From Podarcis melisellensis (Eukaryota): 64,000 bases of DNA. Numbering within the stretch: the first letter of the stretch is position 1; every line of letters begins with the position of its first letter. Location of the stretch: NCBI GenBank assembly GCA_964234715.1, contig OZ174283.1. One strand, written 5' to 3'. The notes under the pieces are model-generated. The model was not told the DNA's origin and ran no database searches. It saw only the letters and a program-made list of their open reading frames with translations. The position numbers and the translations under genes are program-made. This document shows positions 28,830 through 40,717 of this stretch, piece by piece.

Positions 28830-30905
28830 CCTTAGCAGGTAGGCATATGTTAAGTATTAGCAGTTTTTCATTCTTTTTCATTCACATAAAATCCATAATT
28901 CACAATTACAAAGCTGACGATCAGATTTTCTGTACTGTCTATTTAAATGTATGAGTTTCTATGCGCATATGCCTTTCTGAAGGGTCAAATACTTAGCTGT
29001 CTGCATTTGGCATCATGAATCTTCCTCTCCCAGTTAACAGCTCTTTCCATAAATGAGGAAGAGACCTTCTGGAAGGCTGTACCAGAAGCTACCTAACCTA
29101 GCAGCACTGGCCAGCGTAATGTATTGTGAAATAATGGCTGCATTCACGCATCACACTACTTTAGCATAATGTGGACCAGGAGGAATGTGTTGTATGCAGC
29201 GTCTGGCTTGCACCCTCTCACCTTTCTCCATGTGGCTGGAAGCAGCAGTGCAGAGGCTTCTGCTTCTGCTTAATCACATCCAGACCAACAAACTGTGATG
29301 AACATTAACTGTATGGTTGGTTTCTATTCACACCATAACTGATTGAAATTGGGTTTTTAAAACTAATCATATTTACTGGTAACAGCAACATTCAGCTAAC
29401 ATGGCAAACTGTGATTAAAGTAAAAGCCTAAGCAGAAGCTTCTAAACACCAACACCTGACCTGCATGTTGAGGGAAATGATTAAGGGAAGTATATGAACC
29501 CAAGGCTCACTGTGGCTCATTCACAGGGGAAAAGGCCATACAGAGACAATCAAGTTTTAATTTTAAAAAAACTAAAAGGCACCAAATGTTTAAGCATATA
29601 TGTGTCAGAAATAAATGTCATTTCAAGAATGTTTTTGACAGCACTGTGTCTATTGAATTATGCATTGGGGTAATTATGCTTTCTGCTGCTTAAACCTCTC
29701 AAAGCTTGCATGTGTTGGTGATGGTATGTTGCAAGCAGCATTGCTAGCAAATTGGATTTCAGCTTGGGGAAAATCCCTGTTACCTCTCAGCACTACTGGA
29801 TGGCATTCGTCTCAAATCTATTAGTTAAATGGAACAAAAACAAAAACAAACCGTATTGAATTGGTTGGTAATAAAGAATGAAAAAGAACGGTGCTTGCAG
29901 TTAGAGGGGATGGATGAGATCAAAGTTCTCAGAAAGATCTTGTTTGAAATGTGCATTTCCTTTCTTGCTCAGCATTGTTGCCATCTATCCTGCTATCGGC
30001 CTTTTCCTTCAGTAGAGCTATATTGAGATGCTGTAATATAGATCATTGTTAAGCTGTAAGCCAATAGTACAGAAAACTATTTGATGGCAAAATGCAGGCT
30101 AAAAAACACCATGCTTTGAAGTTGGAATATAATCTAGAAATCAGAATATGTTTGTTAGTACATAAGGATGAAGATAGCTCATCTAGACAGGCATTCTGTT
30201 CTCATAGGGGCCAGTCAGATGCCTTTGGGGAAGTCCACAAGAAGGACATGAGCACAGTACTATTTTCCCAGTCATGTTCCTCAGCAACTGGTATTCAGAG
30301 GTATAGGGCCTCTGATGCTGGAGGTAGAAGAATGAGGTCTTCCCCCCATCCACTGAATTTGATACTTTTGCATTTATAAATTGAACGTATAGAGAAAAGA
30401 CAGTTGTTGCATGCCGACTTGGAAAAGATAACGGCACTTCTATAACTTTATATATGAATATACATGCATATATGTCCCCCCCTTTATATAAGGCAAAACA
30501 GAAAATAAATTTCACTTTCAAGTTTGGTTCTTGGGTTTGTCCTGTGCTCCTGTCTTTGAAGCTGTGTTAAAACAAGGATGTAACATTGCTTTTTTTTAGT
30601 TTATATACCTGTGTCTGTCAAGATAGTAACATAGCATTTCATATGCAGTGATACAGGGTGAGCACTGCTAGGAAACTTTTAAGTTGCTTAACTAATGACA
30701 GCTGTCTAGTATTCTGCCCTAGAGATATCTAGGTTGGATCTTTAAAGTGCCTCTTACTTGGATATCAAGAGACGCTTAAGGAATTCCTTAATTAAGGAAG
30801 TTCGTGGAAGGAAAGCTCCTTTCTCATTCTCCTTCTTGCATCAACCTGCACCCCTGAAAGGCCTCTGTGGATGACTGGTAGTTATCCTCAGCAGTGGGAA
30901 ATAGG

Positions 30906-30906
<1 letters not shown>

Positions 30907-30985
<79 letters not shown>
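30907..30985. repeat. Compound (TG)n(AG)n microsatellite
   Basis: Directly visible. Confidence 0.97.
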
Positions 30986-30989
<4 letters not shown>

Positions 30990-32699
30990 ACAGAACTTTC
31001 CTTCCATTACTTTCTTTAGGTCAACTTACCTTAGGGTCCAATACTATAGGTTAACTCCTGACTTTTACCCTGTTTATAAATAACTCTTTCCTGTGGCTGG
31101 TAAACAGCATTGCTTTTTCTGTGTATTAAATAATCTAATAGTAGGTAACTAAATTGAAAGTCTCTTTGATAGGGTTTTGTTTTATTTATTTAAAATGTAT
31201 ATTCAGTTCTGTAGCCCTCAAGATGACGTGACAATTTTAGGTTACTGTAGTAGAGTAGACTAGAATAGAATTGTAACCCACAAACTGTTGAAGCCAGATG
31301 TACATAGATATTAACATGGTTCAGTGTGACTAATGAACTGTTCCCCACTTGAATGACTTGTGACCTCAAGACAATATAAGGGATATAAAGAAGAGCTAAC
31401 AAAGTCTTCTACATTTTTTAAACTTTTATTTTATTTATGGTTGCATTTCAAATAATAATGATCTGCAAGGCTGTTAACAAGGAAATTTAAATGGCAATGC
31501 ATATAATCAATCAACAAAAAAATGCATTAAAAGCTATGGTTTGATACAGTTCAGCACAATAAGATACAGTAAGTACACTAAGACAAGCACAAGTTTGTGA
31601 ATGTGTCTTCACCAAAAGGAAGTCATGTCTATTGTTAACAGCTAAAATGGGATGTCCTCTGTAAACCAATGCTGCATCTTGGGGATTAGAAATTATGCCT
31701 GGATTTGGTTTTGTTTGGTTTTAAATTGCAGTAATCCACAGTTTTACAGATACCTATTTAAAGAAAACTGTGATTGGCGCAGTTACTTTCTTGCTCCAAA
31801 ACAAGTTTTATTTGTAATTAGCAAGGAGAAAACTTAACCAGAAACCGATGTTCAGATGACAAATAATGGCTTTGCTAAGGGCAGGGCAGCACAGGAGGAA
31901 AAAAGGCCAGAGAGCAGTAAAGTGGCTGTGTATGGGCACTCTAGGAGCCCATACATTTGCATGGTCCCAGAAGGCCATAGTTTGTCGTAGTGATGTGTGA
32001 GCCAGGCCAATCAATGCATCAGAAACAGGTGTTGTGTTTTGTTTTTTACAGCATATTAATGTTAAAAATTGGGGGGTCAGGAATAGGAATAGGAGGCAGG
32101 TTTAGCTCCATACCATTGGTATATAGCAGAGTTCACTCTCCCCAGAGTTCATCCCTCCCCCCCCCCCCAATCTTTAGTGGCAGACATACACTCATTTGGG
32201 GCAAAATTAAATTATTTGCACAGTCTCTCTGTTTCACCCTGAGACTGGCAGTCATCCCACAGTGGCAGAATCAGTACCTGTGCGCAGAACATGTGATATG
32301 CATTCACCAGGAGGTTTCCACCACCATCGGTTGAGCATGTGCACTGCACATCTAGTAGTAATGCATGTCTGATCATCACATGCTGTTTTCATGCATTTTT
32401 CTATGTGGAATTTTGTTTCATAAAGTGATTCTAAGCTTAGCATGCTAAGGAGATGGCCTGCAGTGAAGAACATGAACATATGAGGTCCCATTGGCTGCTG
32501 CAGCCGGGGAACAGCTTCATTTGGATTTGAAGACTGATTTTGCTGGAAAGTAATCGTGGTCTTTTCCAATATAATGATCTAATAATCATTCTCCTACAAG
32601 ACAGTGGAGACATGCACATGGTGGTAGTCCAGCACATGATGGTAGTCCAGATCATATTGTAGGCCTTGCAAAAAGCCTACAATATAGAAATCCGACATA

Positions 32700-33330
32700 A
32701 TCCAAGGGGAAGGAAGTCCATAGCCATGGGGCCACCACAGAGAAGGGCATCTCCCTTGTGGCCACCCATCTTACCAACCTAGGAGACAGGCATGCCAGGG
32801 TAAGCCTGAAAAGCAGTTCTTAAAATGTGAGCAGGATAACATTGGTACAGGCAGTCCAATAAACAACAAGGGCTCAAATCATTGCGGGTTTTCAGGGTCA
32901 AAAAACTAGACTGATCCCAGAAGTGCATCAGTATCCAGTGCAGCACGGTATTGTAGCCAATGGGGTTAATCCGAAGCGTGATTATTGCTCTTTGAAAACT
33001 TTCCACACTACCCCAAAATCTGCTTTATGGCATAAAGAGCAGTATTTAAGGCAACACAGAGAAGATACTTTCCTACAGGAATTAGCATGAACTTGCCATT
33101 ACAGATTGTGACCCACAGTTGACCCTTCACATACATTTTGGATGTGCATTTTTGGCCAGTTCTGGACCAGCTGAAGTTTCCGAACCATCTTTGAAGGTGG
33201 TGCCATGTAGAGTGCATTGCGGCAGTCTGGAGTGACCAGAGTGTGGACTGCTGCTGTAAGGTCAGCTCCTCCAGATAGAGGTGCACTTGGCATACCAGCA
33301 GAAGGCGGTGAAAAGTGGTCCTGGTCACTG
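32700..33330 (-). mobile_element. Degenerate L2 LINE fragments
   Basis: Minus-frame remnants HTLVTPDCRNALY...RKLQLVQN. Confidence 0.6.
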
Positions 33331-33715
33331 ATGCCCCCTGCACTTCCTCAGTCAGCTCCAAATCTAGGAGCACTCTCAAACTGTGTGCATGGCCTTTCAG
33401 AGAGTATGCCAACACCACCTGTGAACCTCCTTCCTGTAATTAAGGAGACCCATCAGTTGATGGCATTCTACCATCTCTTCTTACATTGTCTCTTCCATGC
33501 ATGTTTCCATCATGCATTCTGAATGTTGTGCCTATGCACTAGCATGTGCTTTTGCCACACTGCAGGACTCTTTCCACCAGCTGCTTGCTTTTGCTTCTAA
33601 GCCTCACCTTTCTGCAAGGGGCTTGGCAATTTGTTTATAGGGGGTCCATTTTTTCCAGTTATTTTTTTTTTTAAAAAAAACTATATTAAGAGAGACTCTT
33701 CTTTTTACCAATTAG

Positions 33716-33805
33716 GTCAGAGCCCTAAAATTTTAAGACCTAAGCCACATGGTTTAGAGCGAACAGATTCCCAAACCATAGGTGAATTTACTACAAGAAG
33801 AAAGG
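33716..33805 (+). CDS. GAB1: GAB1 90-nt cassette exon 7 (long isoform)
   Basis: attag|GT CAG...AAG G|gtatgt, 90 nt, symmetric phase 1. (G)QSPKILRPKPHGLERTDSQTIGEFTTRRK matches the 30-aa insert of the long mammalian isoform. Confidence 0.93.
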
Positions 33806-35021
33806 GTATGTACTTCAGCACTGCATGGTATCTGGGGCTGTGTATGAAAATGTTTTCTAAAAGGGAAACTCTTATAAAAACATGGTCGTCGCTACTCTTA
33901 TCTCAATTTATTGGTCCGCTTATTTGTTAGCCGCAATATTTCCTGCTTAAGAAAAGGCATTCTTAGCACACAGAAAATGGATTATGCTGTACATAAAAGC
34001 ATCGTTCCTTCAGTCAGCAATTAGCCCTGCCTGCTTAATGATTGGATAACTGTTTGTTTTCAAATATATTTCCAGCCTGCAGGTTATTTTAACTAACGTT
34101 TTCTAATGTGAAATGCTTGAAGGTGCAGATAGTGTGACTATTGGGATGCAGCTACTGGGATCTTTATAGGACTGCTTTAGTATTACAATACTTTTTAAAA
34201 AAAAACAAAAAACCCCGAAATATATACAACGAGCACTGAAAATCTGAGATAGGCTAGTGTTTACTGCATTGCCTCATTGGAGAGGGAGGTTTTAAATAAT
34301 GCTAGAAAAGTAGCGTGTTACAATGGCCAAATCACCATTTAGCACATACCTTAGCTGTGGATCTCACTGTCATATGAATGAAGCAGTTTTTCCACTCCTA
34401 GTATGTATCTACTACTAAAGGTCTTCAGCTGTCAACTGTCGCTGCCATCAATCAGCAGACAAGTTGCTGCTCATATTGCTTTCAAAAAATATTGGTGCCT
34501 TTGGAGACTTTGCAGCTGTGTGGAGCTCCATTTGAGATAGGCAATGTTCCTGCAGCCCCAGAATCTGGAATATGTGACAAAGAACAGTCCCTTTAGGTAT
34601 ATGCAGAATGGAGACCATTACTTACGATGTATATGTCATAGCACTTACATTTTCATGGACTTGCTCCTACGTATGTTTGTGTAGGCACAATTATTTAAAA
34701 TTCCTGTGAAGTTCATTGATGTGAAAATATAAAGTATACATTTGCATGTTTATACTTTCAAATGATTCAGAGGACTTGTTAAAAGTGCTTCACAGTAATG
34801 ATGTTCCCCATCACCACATGAACACTTTAGAATCTGTCTGAGGGTTTTAAGACGCTTTTAAATACAATCTGCTACTTCAGACTGCTCTGAAAACCAAGTG
34901 CCTTGAAAGCTTGTGAATGGTGCAGTCCCCTCCTCTGTTTGGGCATTTGCAAAACAGACCCCTGTTATCTAGTCTCATAAATACTGAAAAGTGCTTAAGG
35001 CTGTACAGCTACATAAACATA

Positions 35022-35265
35022 CAGTGGTACCTCTGGTTGCAAACGGGATCCGTTCCGGAGTCCCGTTCGCAACATGAAAAGAGCGCAACCCGCAGTGGCG
35101 CGTCTGTGCATGCGTGGGTTGCGATTTGCCGCTTCTGCACATGCAAGTGATGTCATTTTGCGCATCTGCGCATGTGCGAGCGGCGAAACCTGGAAGTAAC
35201 CTTTTCCGGTACTTCTGGGTTGCCACAGGACGTAACCTGAAAGAACGTAACATGAGGTATGACTG
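35022..35265. mobile_element. Tc1/mariner MITE
   Basis: TA|cagtggtacctc...gaggtatgactg|TA. Confidence 0.82.
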
Positions 35266-35312
35266 TAGTTATGAATAAGTCCCATTGAAGTCAGTGGTTC
35301 TTACTTATAATA

Positions 35313-35561
35313 CAGTCATACCTTGGAAGTTGAACAGAATTCGTTTCAGAAGTCCGTTCGACTTCCAAAACATTCAGAAACCAAAGCTTGCCTTCTGACT
35401 GACTGCAGGAAGTTCCTGTAGCTAATCAGAAGCCGCAGAAGCCCCATCGGATGTTCGGCTTCCAAAAATAGTTCGCAAACTGGAACAGTCACTTCCGGGT
35501 TTGCAGCATTCGTGAGCCAGATGTTTGAGAACTAAGCTGTTCAAAAACCAAGGTACGACTG
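35313..35561. mobile_element. Tc1/mariner MITE
   Basis: TA|cagtcataccttgg...ccaaggtacgactg|TA. Confidence 0.82.
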
Positions 35562-36954
35562 TAATAATAATAATTTTATTATTTATACCCCTGCCACTCT
35601 GGCTGGCTTACAACATATCTAAAAATATAATAAAAACATCAGTCCTTTAAAACTTCTCTAAACAGGGCAGTGTACTTATGAGTACATACTTATTAGGTCT
35701 GTCAGAAACACCATATGCAGATAATTTACTGTATGTGACTGACCTAAATGCTTAAAACTGTTCTTTAATCCTAAATAAAGTAGCCTGCAGACACACTGCA
35801 ATGAGTCCTAGAAAGGTGGGATCAATTTCTGGGAGGGGGGGGGATTATTGCAGGATAAGGCTGGGGGTATAGGGTGATGTGCAACTAACATGCTCAGAGT
35901 ACACACTGAAATAGATTTCAATGGGGCTTCTCTGAGAATGACAAACATTGAATATTACCCATAGCTATTCATTTTGTAAAATAGCAGTTATGCAATTTTA
36001 ATATGGACTGTTTTCAATTGCTAAGAAGCATTGCCCCGTTCCCCAAACTAGCAGAGCCTTAAGATAACTACATAATCATGCTACATCAAGATATAACTCT
36101 GCTTGGTTATACACTCCAGTGACGCCACCCTTAAAGATCTCAGGCCATGAAACGGTGTATAAATTTGTAAAGTAAATAAATATGCAGAAAGGCAATGTTT
36201 GCATTGACATTTCATTTTAAACCATGGCTTAGCCCTATATACATAAGCAGGAAGGATCTGCTATAAATCTCAGGCTTGTACATTCCCCATCTCTTTCTCT
36301 TCCTGCATGGTTGGGTGAAGGACTTTGGCAGCATTTAGAATCCTGGCTTGTTGTATCTTATGAAACAGAGATCATGGTTTGAAACAACTTCTAGTGTGTT
36401 TCAAAACAAGATGTTTTGAAGTTGGGTTGTTTTGAAATTGACAAAAGTTTTAAATGGTTTAAAATAAACCATTAAATAAATAAGAGTTTATTTTAAACCA
36501 TGATCTCTGGATCATAAGTCTGGATTCATGGAAAGTAAAACTAAATTCTACTGAACTTCTGCTACACAAGAGTGGAAGGGTGAGCATTCAAGGCTCAAAG
36601 CTACTTCTTCCTATTAATGCGCATTAATGAAACCTATTAAATCCTGCATGTGTAAGAGAAGACAAACAGACCTGAAGAGCTTACATTGGTGCAAAGAAAA
36701 GCCCTTTTCTTCCTAGTTTCTGTAGCAAAGCAGTTTGTGTACAAAACAGCAACTATGCTGTTTATATGAGAGTTTGACTCAGTTTAGATTCTTAATGACT
36801 CACTGTGGTCACAAGAGCCTAAAAAGGTGAAATTGGAGGCACTTCATAGAGTAGATTCGTACATTAATGTTTCTAAATGTAGTAATTCTTAGCTGTTGCA
36901 TCATTCAATTAGCAGTAGCCATTAGTTAGTGTTTGATAGTAAACTAAAACTGTT

Positions 36955-37037
36955 TTATTGTTGTTAGCCGCCCTGAGCCCGGCTTCGGCTGGGGAGGGCG
37001 GGATATAAATAAAATTTATTTATTATTATTATTATTA
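36955..37037 (+). mobile_element. Short LINE 3' end with (TTA)n tail
   Basis: ttgttagccgccctgagcccggcttcggctggggagggcgggatataaataaa plus (TTA)n. Confidence 0.65.
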
Positions 37038-37223
37038 AAAGGATATATATAAAACTCAAGTATTTGAAGAAGCTCTCTAATTTTAACACATTCCTATTCC
37101 GAATTATTTCCTCACCGACCTTAAAATAATGGGAATTGCAATAATATTGTAAGAATTCCTTTTGAGGAACTGTAGTTCTTTCCTAGTACATTATTTTAAA
37201 AACTTGTTTGCTTCTTTATATAG

Positions 37224-37317
37224 TAAAACCAGCACCACTAGAAATAAAACCTCTCCCTGAATGGGAAGAATTGCCAGCTCCAGTTAGATCACCGATCACC
37301 AGAAGTTTTACACGAGA
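37224..37317 (+). CDS. GAB1: GAB1 coding exon 8
   Basis: tatag|TA AAA...CGA GA|gtaagt, 94 nt. (V)[30 protein letters not shown](D). Confidence 0.96.
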
Positions 37318-37923
37318 GTAAGTCTTCTCACCCTTTTAAGAAATTAAATATTTGTTTTTGTGGATGTGTGTGTGTATTATACAAGTAAACCTTTGGTGTG
37401 AAAAGAAGCATTTCACCCCACTTCTATGTATGCTTACTTATAAACAACTCTCACAGTGTTGAGATTGTGTGTTTTGGGTTGGTGTGTTTTTGCAGCGTAA
37501 GACTACGCATGTTCAGAATTACTTCTTAACATGTTCAATGCAGCATATACCCTAGTGCAGCGATGGAGAACCTGTTTTCCTACCAAGGTCCACATTTTCT
37601 TGGTTCTTGGCATCCTGTCTCACAACCTGAAACACACAAATATATGTCACATTGTCAACAATGGGATTTTTTAATTACACTTCGATACTGCTGTAATGAT
37701 TATCATCTCTCAATCTCTCAATCTGTTCCTCTGTTTGGTTATTACTAAGGTTTTTATTGTATTTTATGTAAGCTTCATTGAACTTTTATTTCTTTTTAAA
37801 AAAAGGTGTGGTGGGGAAGTATAAATATTATAAACATTTTAAACAAATATAATAATACAACTGCAAAGCATACATAAGATGGTTCCAGTTTTACTTTTTA
37901 AAACCAATGTCTCTTTATTTTAG

Positions 37924-38047
37924 TTCCTCCAGGTTTCCTTTGTCTCCCCGACCAGATTCAGTCCATAGCACAACTTCCAGCAGTGATTCACATGACAGTG
38001 AAGAGAATTATGTACCCATGAATCCAAATCAGTCCAGTGATGATCCA
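37924..38047 (+). CDS. GAB1: GAB1 coding exon 9 (third YVPM site)
   Basis: tttag|T TCC...GAT CCA|gtatgt, 124 nt. [41 protein letters not shown]. Confidence 0.96.
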
Positions 38048-38184
38048 GTATGTAGTTTTCATTTTAAGTACTCTCTTTACTGTGCAGCTGTTTCTAAAAT
38101 GATGTCACAGACCTCATCTGCACTATACATTTGAAGTGGTATCATACCACTCATCACAACTTTTTTTTTGGGGGGGGGAGGAGG

Positions 38185-38652
38185 CACTATACTACATGCT
38201 CTGATAACTTCCATATTGGATTATTCTAATGCACTCTACATTGGGCCACCCTTGAAGATGACTCAGAAACTTCAATTGGTCCAAAATGAAGTGGCCAGAT
38301 TGCTAGCTAGGGTTCTTCTCAGAGAAGTGGCTTTGTTTGCTGGTTCATTTCTGGGCCCAATTCAAGGTGCTCATGTTAGTGTTTAAAGCCCTAAATGATG
38401 TAGGGCCCAAATGCCTGAAAGACCCTCTCCTCCCCTACATACCATCTTGGGAGGTAAGATCGGCAGAGGGTGTCCTCTTGGTTGTTCCACTGCCCTCAGA
38501 AGCTCAGGGTAGGCAGTGGCCCAGGAGAGGACATTCTCTGTGGCAGCCCCTAAGTTGTGGAACTCCCTTTCCACAGAAGTGTGTCTGGCACCTTCCTTAT
38601 ATAGCTTTTGGCGAATGCTGAAGATGCACCTTTTTACCCTGACATTTGACGC
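38185..38652 (+). mobile_element. L2 LINE ORF2 3' fragment
   Basis: HALITSILDYSNALYIG...KLQLVQN..ARLL; AQFKVLMLVFKALN; FSVAAPKLWNSL. Confidence 0.85.
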
Positions 38653-38917
38653 NNNNNNNNNNNNNNNNNNNNNNNNNNNNNNNNNNNNNNNNNNNNNNNN
38701 NNNNNNNNNNNNNNNNNNNNNNNNNNNNNNNNNNNNNNNNNNNNNNNNNNNNNNNNNNNNNNNNNNNNNNNNNNNNNNNNNNNNNNNNNNNNNNNNNNNN
38801 NNNNNNNNNNNNNNNNNNNNNNNNNNNNNNNNNNNNNNNNNNNNNNNNNNNNNNNNNNNNNNNNNNNNNNNNNNNNNNNNNNNNNNNNNNNNNNNNNNNN
38901 NNNNNNNNNNNNNNNNN
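38653..38917. other. Assembly gap (265 N)
   Basis: Run of N. Confidence 1.
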
Positions 38918-39367
38918 CTGTAATTATTAGTTGTTTTAAACTGTTTTAAATATTGTGTAATATTGCATTAATATTAGTGTTGTATTTTAACTGTTGTAAC
39001 CTGCCCTGGGACCTTAGGGGCAGGGGTAATAAATTGTAGTAGTAGTAATAATAGCTCTCTATACCCTTAGCAAACTACAGTTCCCATAACTTTTTGAGAT
39101 GAATCCATGACCTTCTGAGGTATGATACTGCTATAAAATATATAGCACAGATAGAGCTTTGTTAGTATGGGACACAGGTAGTTAAACGGTTCAAGGATGA
39201 CATTTTTGTTACCTTATTTTCAGATTTGCTTATATTCAGGGCTGTGTTACAAGGCATGTTGCAAAATGTGATGTGTCTAGACAGTTTCTCACATGCTGTG
39301 CAGTGAGCACTACATTCCATTAAAGTTGTCACCATTGCTGACTTAAACATTTTAATTATAATTTCAG

Positions 39368-39487
39368 GTTCTGTTTGGGAGCAGCAGTCTCGATGGGGGA
39401 AGTAGTCCTATGGTAAAACCTAAAGATAAGCAAGTGGAATATTTAGATCTGGATTTAGATTCTGGAAAATCTACCCCACCTCGCAAG
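39368..39487 (+). CDS. GAB1: GAB1 coding exon 10 (YLDL SHP2 site)
   Basis: tttcag|GTT...CGC AAG|gtaaac, 120 nt. [40 protein letters not shown]. Confidence 0.96.
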
Positions 39488-39544
39488 GTAAACAAAACTG
39501 AGTGGTTTATTAGTGACAATATAGGTGCCTTTCTGGGGTTAACA

Positions 39545-39789
39545 TAGCAGCCGGCACAGCGATTTCTTCAAGTAGCTCTTTATTTTGTAAGCTGGAATAG
39601 AACTGACTGCAAACAGCTCAGCCGGCCTGCTTTTATAGGCAGCCGGCTGTCAACATTGTAACAACCACAGCCCAGAGTTCCCGCCTAAAATAACTGCTGC
39701 GGACCTGAGTGAAAACTATCTACAGACCTGAGTGAAAACTATATACAGTATCCCCCTGTTGGCCCAGGGTGAAACTACACTACATAACA
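39545..39789 (-). repeat. 3' LTR, truncated by about 20 bp at its U5 terminus
   Basis: 245 bp identical by eye to 44137-44381. Preceded on - by the polypurine tract GGTGGGGAGGGG (39790-39801). Confidence 0.95.
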
Positions 39790-39902
39790 CCCCTCCCCAC
39801 CGAGATAAGGCGTTAGTTACAATCGTAATGGTTTCCTTATATACAGCACTACGCGTAATGGTTCAATTAGGCACAAAAGCATATCGGTTACATTTACCAT
39901 AC

Positions 39903-40717
39903 TTAGACCAACAGTGATACATGTCCAACAACATAGTCCTTTAAATAAGTTGGGCGCTTGGAAACTCTGCCAGACCGCCGGGGACTGGTAGCCAAGTCCG
40001 GAGGGCCACACAGTTCTCGCTGAGGCTGTGGTGCGACCCTAGGTGGCGTTGGAACCAACTCCCCTGGATCCGCTGCTGTGGGTGGAGCCTCCGCAAGTGG
40101 AGTGGTCTGAGTCTGTTCTGAAGCGGCTTGGTTCGGCTCCACGCTGGTAGTTTGCGAGGGAGGTGTAGGTGGGGCCTCGCCATCTGTACGTGTCTCTTCT
40201 GGAGCTGCAAGCGCAGTTGGGGGCACCTCGGTAGTGTCCAAGTTCCCAACCCTGCGCCTAAGCTGGTCTATGTGCCGTCGCCACAAGCGTCCATCTTCGA
40301 GTGCCACCTGGTACGAGCGAGGTCCAGTGACTCCCACTACTGTGGCTGGCACCCAAGGAATGTCCCCCACATAGTTCCGGGCAAAGACCTGGTTTCCTGG
40401 GACAAATGACCGTGGCGCGTTGGCACAGCCTGGGGGTTCAGCCACGGTAAAGTCCGGGTGTAGCCGGTCGAGCGGTGACCTGAGGCGGCGGCCCATAAGC
40501 AGTTCAGCAGGACTCCTCCCTGTGGCCGCATGAGGGGTGATGTGTTGCACGAACAAGTATTCGGCGACCCGCTCATGCCAGTCTCCCCGGTCCAGGCGCG
40601 CCAGTGCCTCTTTTGCCGAGCGCACCATTCTTTCCGCTTGCCCGTTGCTGGATGGATGAAAGGGTGCCGTTAGGGCATGGCGGATGCCCAGTCCCAAAAG
40701 ATACCGCTCAAAGGTGG
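39903..40717 (-). pseudogene. Out-of-frame C-terminal half of integrase
   Basis: FERYLLGLGIRHALTAPFHPSSNGQAERMV (catalytic Glu), PHAATGRSPAELLMGR, GPRSY module, PRRSGRVSKRPTYLKDY tail. Confidence 0.9.

Noticed and set aside
38653-38917. Gap length (265) equals the LTR length (265)
   Set aside because: Gap sizes are estimates and the flanks are L2 sequence, so this is coincidence. It does warn that the local assembly needs read support.
39700-39748. Direct repeats resembling a CRISPR-like array
   Set aside because: A simple two-unit tandem duplication within the LTR U3, with no spacers, in a eukaryotic context.
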